A stretch of 63,005 bases of DNA, filler included, from Octopus bimaculoides (Eukaryota), in the NCBI RefSeq assembly GCF_001194135.2. It is 5 parts of 5 records of this genome, joined end to end, with 100 filler letters (N's around TTAATTAATTAA, not from the genome) between each part and the next. Parts side by side here need not be neighbours in the genome. Positions count along the whole stretch, not along the records: positions 1 to 23,079 come from NC_069005.1; 4 more parts are not named here. The stretch is one strand, 5' to 3'. Numbering within the stretch: position 1 is the first letter of the stretch; the number at the start of each line of letters is the position of its first letter. The translations under genes and the position numbers were made by a program. The notes below the pieces were generated by a model that saw nothing but the letters and a program-made list of their open reading frames with translations, was not told the origin of the DNA and searched no databases. Shown piece by piece: positions 1 through 12,549 of the stretch.

Positions 1-257
1 GTGTGTGTGTATTTGTGTGTGTGTATATATATTTATATTTATACATATATGAAGATATACTTCTATACATACGAGTATATATGCATTTATACGTCTATAT
101 CTACGTACACACTCATTCACAGACATACACATGCATACATCTACATAAGCTTGTATGTGTCTGTGGCGGTGTGGATTGCTCGGCGGTTCACACGCTGAGC
201 CATCCACCGCAGGGACGGGTCTATGACTGTGTGAAAGGTTGTGTGTATGTATATGGC

Positions 258-315
<58 letters not shown>

Positions 316-321
316 ACAGAC

Positions 322-378
<57 letters not shown>
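258..378 (+). repeat. (TAGA)n microsatellite
   Basis: Directly visible tetranucleotide array; similar arrays near 18635-18700, 28838-28905, 40436-40512, 45497-45572 and 47420-47500. Confidence 0.95.
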
Positions 379-806
379 CATGGCAGTGTAAATAAAGAGG
401 AATGCAAAAGTAATAACATACAATTATAAACTAATGACAGAATCATAGGAGAGGGGCAGATGGAGTGTCTGCTAGTAAAAGTGAGTGGGTTTAGGACAAA
501 GGGCAGAGAATTAAGTCATCCTCTGAATAATAGACAGCGACACCTATCGGTTTAGATTAATGACGATAAGGTCAACTGATGAGGTGATCAAATCAAATAA
601 AAGGCCTCAAAGTTTGTTCATTAAAATCAGATAAGGGACGTTAAACTCCAATATCGGTGGATTGTGTCTCATTGTCTCTTAGTGACTGTTATTGTGCTGA
701 GTGATACAGTTGTGTGAATCCTTTGCAGAAATGGTACCCAATTAATAGACGAACACAAAGCGCTATGAACATATAAATATATGTATATATGTTTGTGTAT
801 ATATAT

Positions 807-845
<39 letters not shown>

Positions 846-1683
846 NNNNNNNNNNNNNNNNNNNNNNNNNNNNNNNNNNNNNNNNNNNNNNNNNNNNNNN
901 NNNNNNNNNNNNNNNNNNNNNNNNNNNNNNNNNNNNNNNNNNNNNNNNNNNNNNNNNNNNNNNNNNNNNNNNNNNNNNNNNNNNNNNNNNNNNNNNNNNN
1001 NNNNNNNNNNNNNNNNNNNNNNNNNNNNNNNNNNNNNNNNNNNNNNNNNNNNNNNNNNNNNNNNNNNNNNNNNNNNNNNNNNNNNNNNNNNNNNNNNNNN
1101 NNNNNNNNNNNNNNNNNNNNNNNNNNNNNNNNNNNNNNNNNNNNNNNNNNNNNNNNNNNNNNNNNNNNNNNNNNNNNNNNNNNNNNNNNNNNNNNNNNNN
1201 NNNNNNNNNNNNNNNNNNNNNNNNNNNNNNNNNNNNNNNNNNNNNNNNNNNNNNNNNNNNNNNNNNNNNNNNNNNNNNNNNNNNNNNNNNNNNNNNNNNN
1301 NNNNNNNNNNNNNNNNNNNNNNNNNNNNNNNNNNNNNNNNNNNNNNNNNNNNNNNNNNNNNNNNNNNNNNNNNNNNNNNNNNNNNNNNNNNNNNNNNNNN
1401 NNNNNNNNNNNNNNNNNNNNNNNNNNNNNNNNNNNNNNNNNNNNNNNNNNNNNNNNNNNNNNNNNNNNNNNNNNNNNNNNNNNNNNNNNNNNNNNNNNNN
1501 NNNNNNNNNNNNNNNNNNNNNNNNNNNNNNNNNNNNNNNNNNNNNNNNNNNNNNNNNNNNNNNNNNNNNNNNNNNNNNNNNNNNNNNNNNNNNNNNNNNN
1601 NNNNNNNNNNNNNNNNNNNNNNNNNNNNNNNNNNNNNNNNNNNNNNNNNNNNNNNNNNNNNNNNNNNNNNNNNNNNNNNNNNN

Positions 1684-1714
<31 letters not shown>

Positions 1715-2213
1715 ATGTATATATATTGGTATCTAAATTAGAAAATTAATGATTAAAATGCAAGCTGCAATGTTTCTTCATTAAAATCAGATAAGCTGAC
1801 TTCTAATTCATTGCCTGCGAATTGTCTATTATTAGGAATGATTAGCTTCGTTAAAGCTCTATTACATATACATACATACATACACACACACACACGTACA
1901 CGCATACACACTCATACACACACACACACACACATATGTATGTATGCGTGTGCATATGCGCCATTTTATATGTTTATAACGACATATATATAGTGGATAT
2001 AATCATCATCTATATATATACATACATACACACTCACCCACATATATTTGTATATATGTATGTATATGTGTGTCCGTGTCCGTGTCCGTCCACATGGTTT
2101 CTGATAGTCGCTCATACAATCTTTGTAGATTCTTACTCACCTGCACTACCATTTCTTCTTTTCTCTCGCACCCACTTTTTCCCTCTCTATATGCAATATT
2201 CAACATATATATG

Positions 2214-2246
<33 letters not shown>

Positions 2247-2311
2247 TGAGACACACACACAGACAAGCTACTCTTATACTCTTCCATATATATATACATA
2301 CGTGTGCATGC

Positions 2312-2414
<103 letters not shown>

Positions 2415-2817
2415 CAAGTTATGTGTGTATGTATGCATGTATGGTTATGTGGATTAGTTATAAGACATGTGTGGTTGGTTCAATAGAAAATGTATTCGGT
2501 GCAATATTCTTGGGTATCTGAAAGCAATAACAGTCTTTCATGAATCCGGAGACCATTCTAAGATTTTTGAACTCTGAAAGCTTGAGTTAAGAGTCAATTA
2601 AGAAGAGAGAGATAGAAACCAATCATATTGATTTATCGATCTCCATCGCTATATATCATACTCTAAATTTATGGCCAACCATACACTTCGCTTATTTCTC
2701 CCTATTGTTGCTTCAACGGCTACAGGTAGTCGATTTGTTACCATTTCGCTCTGTTCACTCAGCTGTTTACCGTTCGTTTTCCGTCTTTATCCTTTACTAT
2801 TATCGCTGACTTTTCAG

Positions 2818-2880
2818 GTAATATATGTATTTAAGTTCCATTGGTCCAGTCTACACAACCATGTATAGATACCACTTTTG
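2818..2880 (+). other. Candidate cryptic/UTR exon starting at an AG|GT (recursive-splice-like) junction
   Basis: Long pyrimidine tract, GCTGAC branch-like motif, TTTTCAG|GTAATA at 2817/2818, downstream donor TTG|GTATGT at 2881; 63 nt with stops in all three frames. Confidence 0.35.
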
Positions 2881-2929
2881 GTATGTTTCTAATGGCCTAG
2901 CGTTTACGGTATTGCTTTCGCGATGATGA

Positions 2930-3230
2930 GATCATGGCCTGGCGAGCGAGCGGTGAGTGCGCTGTGTTCTTGAGCAGAACGTTTTATTCCACGTTGCACT
3001 GCGATCAATTTCACATCTGCCGTGTGGCTAACCATAAACCTGTACAAGCAATGTCAGTTTGATGGAGGGACCGCTGAGCTAATGTACAGCACAAACATTT
3101 GATCACAATAAACAAATGATTTGTGCAGATTATTCCAATAGAATTGTCGAAACCTCATCTGTCGTCTATGACAGGAAAGTCCACGATAGTGGGGCTCCAG
3201 CATGACCGAAACGAGTAAAAGAGTAAAATA
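2930..3230 (+). mobile_element. tRNA-derived SINE, degenerate, with CR1-like 3' tail
   Basis: Truncated tRNA-like head, GCTGTGTTCTTGAGC core, 3' end GGGGCTCCAGCATGACCGAAAC followed by (GAGTAAAA) repeats, similar to the CR1 3' UTR at 41089-41126. Confidence 0.55.
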
Positions 3231-4148
3231 GCACACACACACACATATATATATAGAAAAAATATTCTATTTGAAAATAAGGGTAGTGGGGATTGTAATG
3301 GTAAGAACCGATTTCCACTTTTTTTTTCTTTTTAGCCTTCACGTGTGTAGTGCAAAAAAAGTAAAAATATGGCCAAAATTTGTACTGAGTGGGGGAGGGT
3401 AATGAAAAAATTCATACACTTTCAAAATTTTTTTTTTTACGCATGAAGCATCTCTCATTGCTTTTATAGCCCCTAAAATATGACGTAATTAACATCCCCT
3501 TTTCTACCCCTACTGCTTAATCGTAAGCCTGTTTGCATTCTTGGTTTTGTCTCTTCTCTTTGTCTTGGTTAGAGCAGTCTATTGATCTTCTGTCCGTATG
3601 CTCTGAGACAACTCTAACCCCTTACCCACACCGACGTTTTCCTTCTATGAATATCTAAATCGTTAAGTACGTCGTATAGCCACCCACCACCATATCTCCC
3701 CCGCTCCCATTGGTTGACACATATTTTTCCATAATTTAAATATGCTAATTCCTAGCGATTCATTATATTTCTGCCTTCGTTTTGAAGATGCAATCCATGA
3801 TCGATATAATCATGTAATTTATAATTTGTCATTAGTCATTCATCTTATCGGTCGCTGAAACAATTATTACGAAATAAACAAAATATCATCAACTTCCTTC
3901 TTAATATTCTCTCATTCTCTATGCACTCTTCAGACAACGTAACCACTCTATACTGCGTGAATAGTTCTCTACTGAATGGTCCACGTAGGAGAGGGAGCTC
4001 GACGTGGATGCCATCTAGATTTGCAACCTTGTACGATAATTTGTCGAGCTCGTAGTGCATCTACTACCATCATTCCTACTCTCGCCCCCTCTCTCGTCCC
4101 CCTCTCTGTCTGTCTCTGTTTCTGTATACATATATTGGTTAGTTATAG

Positions 4149-4194
4149 GATTCGATGGAATCTAAGTACATCAGCACGCACGACGCCAGAAATG
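4149..4194 (+). other. Candidate small exon carrying an ATG (MESKYISTHDARN)
   Basis: Pyrimidine-rich upstream, TATAG acceptor, ATG at 4155 preceded by in-frame stops, donor ATG|GTAAGA at 4195. Confidence 0.3.
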
Positions 4195-4523
4195 GTAAGA
4201 AACAATAAAAGAGAGCCCATCACAGTGTGGCAAAACAACCATGAAGGTATCACATGTTGGCAGCATGCTATAGATATGTTAGCACCGAATCCAATTTAAA
4301 CCGTAGATCCGACTCAGGGCTGCTTCTTGGTGCGGTCGACCTTGGATTGAATGACATCAAAAGCAACAACAATTACTCCAACAACCCAAGAACAATGATA
4401 TATTCGTGAACAGGAGACTGTGAGGGTCGAACACGTCTTCTGAACGTTTACCAGGGTTACTACTCCAACTAACTTGGCCGTCTCTGCGATCAGGCCGAAC
4501 CATAACGGTATTTCCATTTTCAG

Positions 4524-4550
4524 GCGATGCTTGTTCCTTTGAAGATTTTG
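4524..4550 (+). other. Candidate 27-nt microexon
   Basis: TTTCCATTTTCAG acceptor and TTG|GTAAGC donor; length divisible by 3; phase-1 reading (G)DACSFEDF is in frame with the 4149-4194 exon. Confidence 0.4.
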
Positions 4551-4620
4551 GTAAGCATTGAAATGATTGAAAGATCTTTATCTTCTCTGATGAATTAACT
4601 TCACTTCAAACATTTCACAG

Positions 4621-4757
4621 GAAATTCAATTTCAACATTTTAATCTATAATATTTCGGGAAAGCTTCACCCTACACCAGCCTACCACATACACATACACA
4701 TCAAAAAAATAAAACTCGTATGGGATGAAGTAGGGGGGAGGGGGCGAGTAAAGTCTG
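4621..4757 (+). other. Candidate exon after a 70-nt GTAAGC...TTTCACAG intron
   Basis: Intron 4551-4620 has a TTAAC branch motif about 25 nt before the AG; exon ends at CTG|GTGAGT (4758). Confidence 0.3.
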
Positions 4758-4959
4758 GTGAGTTGGTGGGAAGTTATGTAAATAATGGTGATAATAAAAT
4801 GGAAAGACAGTATCGTAGCACTCAAATGACACCATAACACCAACAAAAACAACAGCAACATAAAAACCCATTAGCTGTAATAAGGTTTACTTAACTTTAA
4901 TCAAAAGCCAAAAAAAGAAGAATGAATAAATAAATAAATATTTTAAATTTCTTTTTCCT

Positions 4960-5281
4960 CGTCGTCATTATTTTTGATGCTGTTCTTGTTTTTATATTTA
5001 TTGAGTTTTGTTCTTTTCCTCGCTTTCCTTCTCCTCCTCCTCCCCTCCTCCTCATTATTGTAATTATTATCATTATCATTATTAACGCCATTATCATCAT
5101 TATTAACATCAGCACTATCATCTTCAATATAATTCGTTATTATCATCATCACCACCAATAAACACCACCACAGTCATCATCATCATCGTCATCATCATCA
5201 TTATCAAATTCGTCACCATCATCATCGTCATCGTCCATGTCATCACCATCATTATCATCCACCACCATCACCACCACCACA

Positions 5282-5346
<65 letters not shown>

Positions 5347-5600
5347 CATCCTTATCACCCCCAACAGCAACAGCAGGAGTCCCCCTCCGCTTCCTCCTCT
5401 TCCCCCTCCACCTCATAATCATTATCATTATTGTAATGACAACGATGGTCATCATCATCGTTATCACTACCGTCATTATGACCATCCCTNNNNNNNNNNC
5501 CCCACCCCCACTCCTACTCTCACCCAGGTCACTATCGCCACCACCACTATCACCACCATCACAACAATATCACTGCCAATGTTACTGCCACTAACCACCA
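4960..5600 (+). repeat. Compound trinucleotide low-complexity region (CAT/ATT/CAC/CCT)n
   Basis: Visible triplet arrays including (ATT)n at about 5281-5345. Confidence 0.9.
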
Positions 5601-6479
5601 GGTATATATATGTGTGTACATATATATATCTATATATCCACAGACATTTATACATTTATGTATGTGTGTGCATGTGTATGTGTGTGTTAGTTTCTGCGCC
5701 TCTGAGGCTTTGTGCGAATATGTATATATCTGTCTAGATATCTAATTATATATATATGCGTGTGTGTTGTGGTTGTGTGTGTATTTATCTATTTATCTAT
5801 CAATTTACTTATTTATTCCCCCCTCTCTCCCTTTCTTTCTACACACACGCAGACATATACACACATATATAAATTTAAGTATTCTGTTGACTTTTTCTTC
5901 GCGAAAAATAAATGCTTAGTCAGTGCATGAGCGAACAATAATTTTTGGTCTCTTTTTCTTTTCTATAGTAAAAGAATTTTCATTGGCATAAAGAACAAGA
6001 TCTTGTTTGGTTTTGTTTATCTCCGTTCGGTATTTGAACCTGTTTCTCTGTGAAAACTGTAATTTGTCGTCAAGATGAATTTGTTTTTGTGACAACATTT
6101 TGAAATTATTTCTGACCAATAAACTATTTCCATTACATATTTCTTACAAGTTTATTTGTGCAGTGCCTGACTAAAAGTTTATCTCCTTAGCATAACCCCG
6201 TGCCTTTCATAAATTAGTTGGTAATTTATGCATTCGCAATTCATAATCAAACGAGCCCGATTATGTCCGCATTATCGTAAGTATCATAAATTTGGTTCCG
6301 AAACCAAATGCATCCGAGCTGCTTTTTCAGCATCTGGAATTGGTGCTGAAAGCGGAGATTTATTATCCTGCATCATTATCTCACTGTCGTAGAAGTTGGT
6401 GGGATTATGTTCTTTTTGAATTCCAATGATTTTGTGAAAAGGACTTTGGAGATTGAAGGATAGAAATCTACAATATTTA

Positions 6480-7140
6480 AATTGACTTAGAGTTTGGTAT
6501 TGATGCCATTGAATAACTCAACTCCGATACGACAATCATTTTCGCGTCACAGTTTGATGGCTTATCCAATTGTATCAGTGATACTTCTTAAGAATATGCT
6601 AATTACCCAACCAATTGAATTATCTTCGAATGCAAAATCTCTGGTGAATTGCGAGGGAACATTACAACGTTATATTCGTATGAGCGAAGATAGTTTTAAA
6701 AGTCGCTTAATCGATCATAGATTCTCTTTCAGAAATTAGGGAATGAGAAGCATCGGAACCTTCTCCAGATATATACGGCACTCGAGACAAGAATATATTG
6801 AACATTTCCATATCATCTATCAATTATCAAGCACAATACATTCAAAGTAAACGGAAAAGCTACTTGTGAATATAGAAATGCAAAGAAATATAATATAATA
6901 TCAAAATAAAGAGACGTGTTAACGAAATACCTGTGATAATATCAATCTATGTAATTTAAATGTAAATTGTTGCATGTGTAACATTTTAACTGGGATATTA
7001 AGAGCAGTGAGAAATATAAACAGGAAGTTTACAACAGAAAGTATTGATCATTTCTTCAACATTCAAAACGATTTCCGCTGATATGCGAGTAAAGCATCTG
7101 AAGAAAGTTCTTCAGCTAAAACTTGAAGTAATGCAGACGT
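6480..7140 (+). mobile_element. Penelope-like element remnant (GIY-YIG endonuclease end plus 3' terminal region)
   Basis: Translation LVNCEGTLQRYIRMSEDSFKSRLIDHRFSFRN resembles the PLE GIY-YIG pattern YIGxTExxFKxRxxxHxxSF; downstream CTGAAGAAAG...AAAAC motif typical of PLE termini; many stops and frameshifts. Confidence 0.6.
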
Positions 7141-7398
7141 AATGAAATTTCGCTGTAATATATTTAATCAAGCAGACATTCATTGAATACCGTTTAATTT
7201 ATGCATCCTAACACATGCGAGGAAGATATTGTACCTACATTTACACACAAGAACACGAACATATATAGACACACCCTCACACACCCACGCACGAACACCC
7301 AAATACATACACACGTATATATGAATGTATGTCTACATATATGTACATATACACGCACCTTCATACATATGTATATGTATATATATACTTATATATAC

Positions 7399-7445
<47 letters not shown>

Positions 7446-7721
7446 CATACATACACACACACAAACATAGACACTCACGCACATACACATATATATATAA
7501 AGTGAGAGCACATTTTCCTCTATGGTCGGAAAGAAACATTAACTAGAGTTGTTATCTTATCACACACACCATTAACTCTGAACTCAGCCACGGCCCATTA
7601 GACACATACATTCATATAATACATACAGGCAAACACATACACATATATACATACACACACACATGTATATATCTGTATATGAGTATATCTATACATATAC
7701 ATATATAGTTTATATATAAAG

Positions 7722-7756
<35 letters not shown>

Positions 7757-7864
7757 GTTATGTACATATCTATATATATGTATATGTATTCGTATGTGTA
7801 TATGTATATACATATACACACGTATATCGACATATACTCATATGCATGTACATAGGAATGTATG

Positions 7865-7895
<31 letters not shown>

Positions 7896-8254
7896 ATTCA
7901 TGTACACACGGATATTCTTATTCTTTTTTTCTCAATAAGAACTATATTTTCATTATTACTTCCCCTGAAATTACAGTCTCAGAATATTCACCCATTTCAC
8001 ATCTCTTACGGAAACCCAGTTTTCTCTAAACACTATTTTTATTCCGCAGTCACATGACATGTTGTTAGGAAATACGAGTGTGTTGCCGCCATTTTGTAAG
8101 TTTCCACTTGTGCATTTTTCTTTGTACTGCGTTTTTATCTTGAAAATCGTCTGAGCAGGTTCAACTCTACACACATACTTTGAGCAATAGCTCAGTAGCT
8201 CAGTATTCCTTCGTATCTAATGAATATTTTTTTCCCGTTTGATGACACTAACAT

Positions 8255-8325
8255 ACGGGTCGTTGTAATCGAGTAGACGCTTCCCCCAAATGTCAGGCCT
8301 TGTGCCTTTAGTAGAGAAGATTATT
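8255..8325 (+). mobile_element. SINE 3' fragment (same family as 52406-52620)
   Basis: GGGTCGTTGTAATCGA...CCCCCAAATGTCAGGCCTTGTGCCTTTAGTAGAGAAGATTATT matches the 3' tail of the fuller copies. Confidence 0.6.
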
Positions 8326-8389
8326 TTTATCAATACTAAAGCAGCAAAAATTACTGGCTTTGTGCCAAAATTTTAAGATTTGAAGCCAC

Positions 8390-8461
<72 letters not shown>

Positions 8462-9524
8462 ATCTTTATAACAAGAAAATGAATATTTTCTCCTAAATAA
8501 CATTAGAAACTGCTTACTACCTGCTCCTTAGTCCACTTTTATGTATATATATATCTACTTATATCTATTTATATATATACACACACACACACATATGAGT
8601 GTGTATATATGCATACGTGTATATAGGCAGGTATATATGAGTGTATGATTACATTCGGCATTGCCCTAAGTATGGCGTCTTATAAAGGCTATAATTTCAA
8701 TTCCAGCCTCCCACATTAACTCGTTTTTATGTTAGAACCGTCATCAACTTCAAGACATTCGTTGAATAATCAACTTCTTCGCTAATCTCATTCATTCTTT
8801 CCTGATTTCTTTCTTTCTTTACTTCCTTCTGCCAGTCTCTCATTCATTCATTCATTCATTCGTTTATTCATTCATTCATCCATTCTTTCTTTCTTTCTGT
8901 CAATCTCTCATTCATTCATCCTTTCTTTCTTTCTTTCTTTGTTTCTTTCTTTGTTTGTTTGTTTGTTTGTTTGTTTCTTTCTTTCTTTCATTCTGTCTTT
9001 CTTTTTTTCTTTCTTTCTTCCTTGTTCTTATTTCGTTCTAAATTCATTCTTCAAATAACCCATTTTAAACCATTATTTCTAAAAAGATCACGTTAATCGA
9101 AAGAGATTTAGAAGCCAGAGTTATGCGAGTGAGTATATATGTATGCATACACACATACGTATATATACGTATCTACATAAACCCTACCTAAACGTATGTA
9201 TGTATGTATGTATATGCTGGCTCAGTTCCAGGCACAATACAAAATCATTGACAAGCGACTCACCTTAATAGGCGCATGCGCGCAATCACAGACATATTTA
9301 TATACACTCGCAGTTACACACGTCTAAATTTTCTTCCTCCCCTCCACACAGACGGAGTCAATTACTATACATACATTATTACATTTATCTCGTTTCTCTT
9401 CAATACTCTCTGCCCCATTGTTTGGTGTGTATATACATATACACAGACATACACACACACATATATATAAGCACATATATACACATACATACAAACATAT
9501 ATGTATACATACACATATATACAA

Positions 9525-9555
<31 letters not shown>

Positions 9556-10242
9556 NNNNNNNNNNNNNNNNNNNNNNNNNNNNNNNNNNNNNNNNNNNNN
9601 NNNNNNNNNNNNNNNNNNNNNNNNNNNNNNNNNNNNNNNNNNNNNNNNNNNNNNNNNNNNNNNNNNNNNNNNNNNNNNNNNNNNNNNNNNNNNNNNNNNN
9701 NNNNNNNNNNNNNNNNNNNNNNNNNNNNNNNNNNNNNNNNNNNNNNNNNNNNNNNNNNNNNNNNNNNNNNNNNNNNNNNNNNNNNNNNNNNNNNNNNNNN
9801 NNNNNNNNNNNNNNNNNNNNNNNNNNNNNNNNNNNNNNNNNNNNNNNNNNNNNNNNNNNNNNNNNNNNNNNNNNNNNNNNNNNNNNNNNNNNNNNNNNNN
9901 NNNNNNNNNNNNNNNNNNNNNNNNNNNNNNNNNNNNNNNNNNNNNNNNNNNNNNNNNNNNNNNNNNNNNNNNNNNNNNNNNNNNNNNNNNNNNNNNNNNN
10001 NNNNNNNNNNNNNNNNNNNNNNNNNNNNNNCATCAATCACATTCTCCAAACAAACATCAATTTCTCTTCTCTCCTCTGACCCCTCCCCATCTAACTATTT
10101 CAACATCTTTTTATTTATTTATTTATTTACTAATTTTTGTTCTGTTTGTTTTTGCCATTGTTTTGCTCTCCTGGTCGACATAATTGTTTTTTATTCCATG
10201 CATGAAGACACTCACTCTGCAACAACAACTACAACAACAACA

Positions 10243-10353
10243 ACCACAACATAATACAACAACAACAACATAATACAACAACAACAACATAATACAACAA
10301 CAACAACAACATAATACAACAACAACAACATAATACAACAACAACAACATAAT
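10243..10353 (+). repeat. Minisatellite (ATAATACAACAACAACAAC)-like, about 5-6 units
   Basis: Directly visible 18-21 bp tandem units. Confidence 0.9.
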
Positions 10354-10419
10354 GCAAATGACGATATCAGCAAAGGGATGGCAAAAACAACAACAGAAGT
10401 GACGACGACGGAAGCAGTC

Positions 10420-10600
10420 CTGGTTTCAAATTCTGGCCCACGGCAAGCACTTTTAGGTGCAGGGGGTTAGTCGATTACATCAACCCCTAGTGCTCAGCTG
10501 GTACAGCAATCCTTAGTTCGCGTCTGGTACTTATTTTCTCGACAGCGAAAGGTTAAAGGTCAAAGTTGACCTCGGCGGAATTTGATCTCAAATCGTAAAG
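10420..10600 (-). mobile_element. tRNA-derived SINE (GGCGGCGAGCTGGCAG family), partial
   Basis: Contains the reverse complement of the family core: GGTACTTATTTTCTCGAC...GGTCAAAGTTGACCTCGGCGGAATTTGA. Confidence 0.7.
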
Positions 10601-10752
10601 TTTTTGGTTAGAGGAATTCCTTTAACCAATAACAACAACAAAAGCGACAACAAGAACAACAGCAGCAGAAGAAGCAACAGCAACCACAACAACAACAGCA
10701 ATGAGCTATAAACTGTAGGAACGAAAGCGAGGATGATGATAGTGATAACGTC

Positions 10753-10915
10753 AGGCGTGGCTGTGTGGTAAGAAGTTTGCTTCCCAGCCACATAGCTCTT
10801 CGTTCAGTCCCACAGCGTGGCACCTTGGGCAAGTGTCTTCTACTGTAGCTCTGGTGCCAACCAAAGCCCTAACAGTAGATTTGGTAGACGGAAACTGAAA
10901 GAAGCCTGTCGTATA
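10753..10915 (+). mobile_element. tRNA-derived CORE-type SINE
   Basis: Head GGCGTGGCTGTGTGGTAAGAAG, B-box-like GTTCAGTCCC, CORE-like CACCTTGGGCAAGTGTCTTCTACT, tail GGTAGACGGAAACTGAAAGAAGCC. Confidence 0.75.
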
Positions 10916-11383
10916 TATATCTGTGTGTGTGTGTGTGAGCGGAGCCTCAACCCACTCCGGGTGAAAGTTGCCCTAAGTACAAGGAAATGGCAGGAAAATG
11001 ACGGAACATGTATAGAAAGGCGGAAAATAGAGGAGAAGAGGTTGACTGATTGATGGACAAAATGATGGTACTTTGGTAAGATGGACTGACTGATGAATAA
11101 GATGGCGGTGGTATAACATGATGGATAGATTAATGGAGAGGATGCTGAGAGATTTATAGGATATGTTATGGAGTTCTGTCAGGAAGAAGAAGCCGTGTTC
11201 CGAATGACACGACCATTTTCGACTTTGAGGTGTTTCATATTTCCTCACTTCACTTATATATTCAGTTCGAAACATTTGCTTATATGTATGTATGTATGTG
11301 TGTGTTTGTGTGTGTGTGTGTGTGCGTATACGAATGTCATGTGTGTGCGTCTGTGTCCGTATGTGTGTATACATACACACATA

Positions 11384-11462
<79 letters not shown>

Positions 11463-11851
11463 GTATGTATGCAAATACATGTACATATATATACGTATAC
11501 GTATTTACCACTCTATGCATCCATATATCTTTAGACATATGTGTATATCTCTATATCCGTAAGTATATATATATATATATATANNNNNNNNNNNNNNNNN
11601 NNNNNNNNNNNNNNNNNNNNNNNNNNNNNNNNNNNNNNNNNNNNNNNNNNNNNNNNNNNNNNNNNNNNNNNNNNNNNNNNNNNNNNNNNNNNNNNNNNNN
11701 NNNNNNNNNNNNNNNNNNNNNNNNNNNNNNNNNNNNNNNNNNNNNNNNNNNNNNNNNNNNNNNNNNNNNNNNNNNNNNNNNNNNNNNNNNNNNNNNNNNN
11801 NNNNNNNNNNNNNNNNNNNNNNNNNNNNNNNNNNNNNNNNNNNNNNNNNNN

Positions 11852-11912
<61 letters not shown>

Positions 11913-12435
11913 AACAAACATAGACACCCCCACCTCAAACAAACACACACGTATGCATCATCTAACGGAAGAGTGGCTTTCAACTCGACAGAATGTCTTA
12001 GCCGAAAGCAAATTTTACACAATAAGCACCAAACACCTCGTGACATATTTTACAAAGATACAGAATGGTGCACACCTGTACTTCAAAGCACCGAGAATGG
12101 TAACTCATGATTCCTTAATTCAAAGACAAATCTATCAATATTGGATAGAGAATTCTTACAACAGTTTTCAGTAACGAACATTAACATTTACAAGATTTCT
12201 TAAATTCCTTAAAGCAAATAAATCTATTAATCAAAGAGAGAATTGGATTCTTGGATTAATTATCGTTACCACTATTCTTAATTCGCAGATATTGCGAAGA
12301 GGAAATACGATATTCAACGCACTGATTGAGGGTTATCTGCTCAGGGATTGAAACCAGAACGGTAAATTTTGGTTTTACTTGAGAAAATTTAGATACCAGA
12401 AAAGACGATTAATAGAGAGAAGATTTCACCGTCAA

Positions 12436-12489
<54 letters not shown>

Positions 12490-12549
12490 TTTTCTTCAAC
12501 GTCTTCGCCTTTTTCTTCTTTTGAGTTACATTGTTAATTTCTGTCTCAA

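Noticed and set aside
10243-10353. CRISPR-like or other regularly spaced repeat array
   Set aside because: Tandem units with no unique spacers in a eukaryotic context; no cas genes
11953-12174. 73-aa ORF MHHLTEEWLSTRQ...
   Set aside because: Protein-like composition but no recognisable family and no splice sites; within chance expectation
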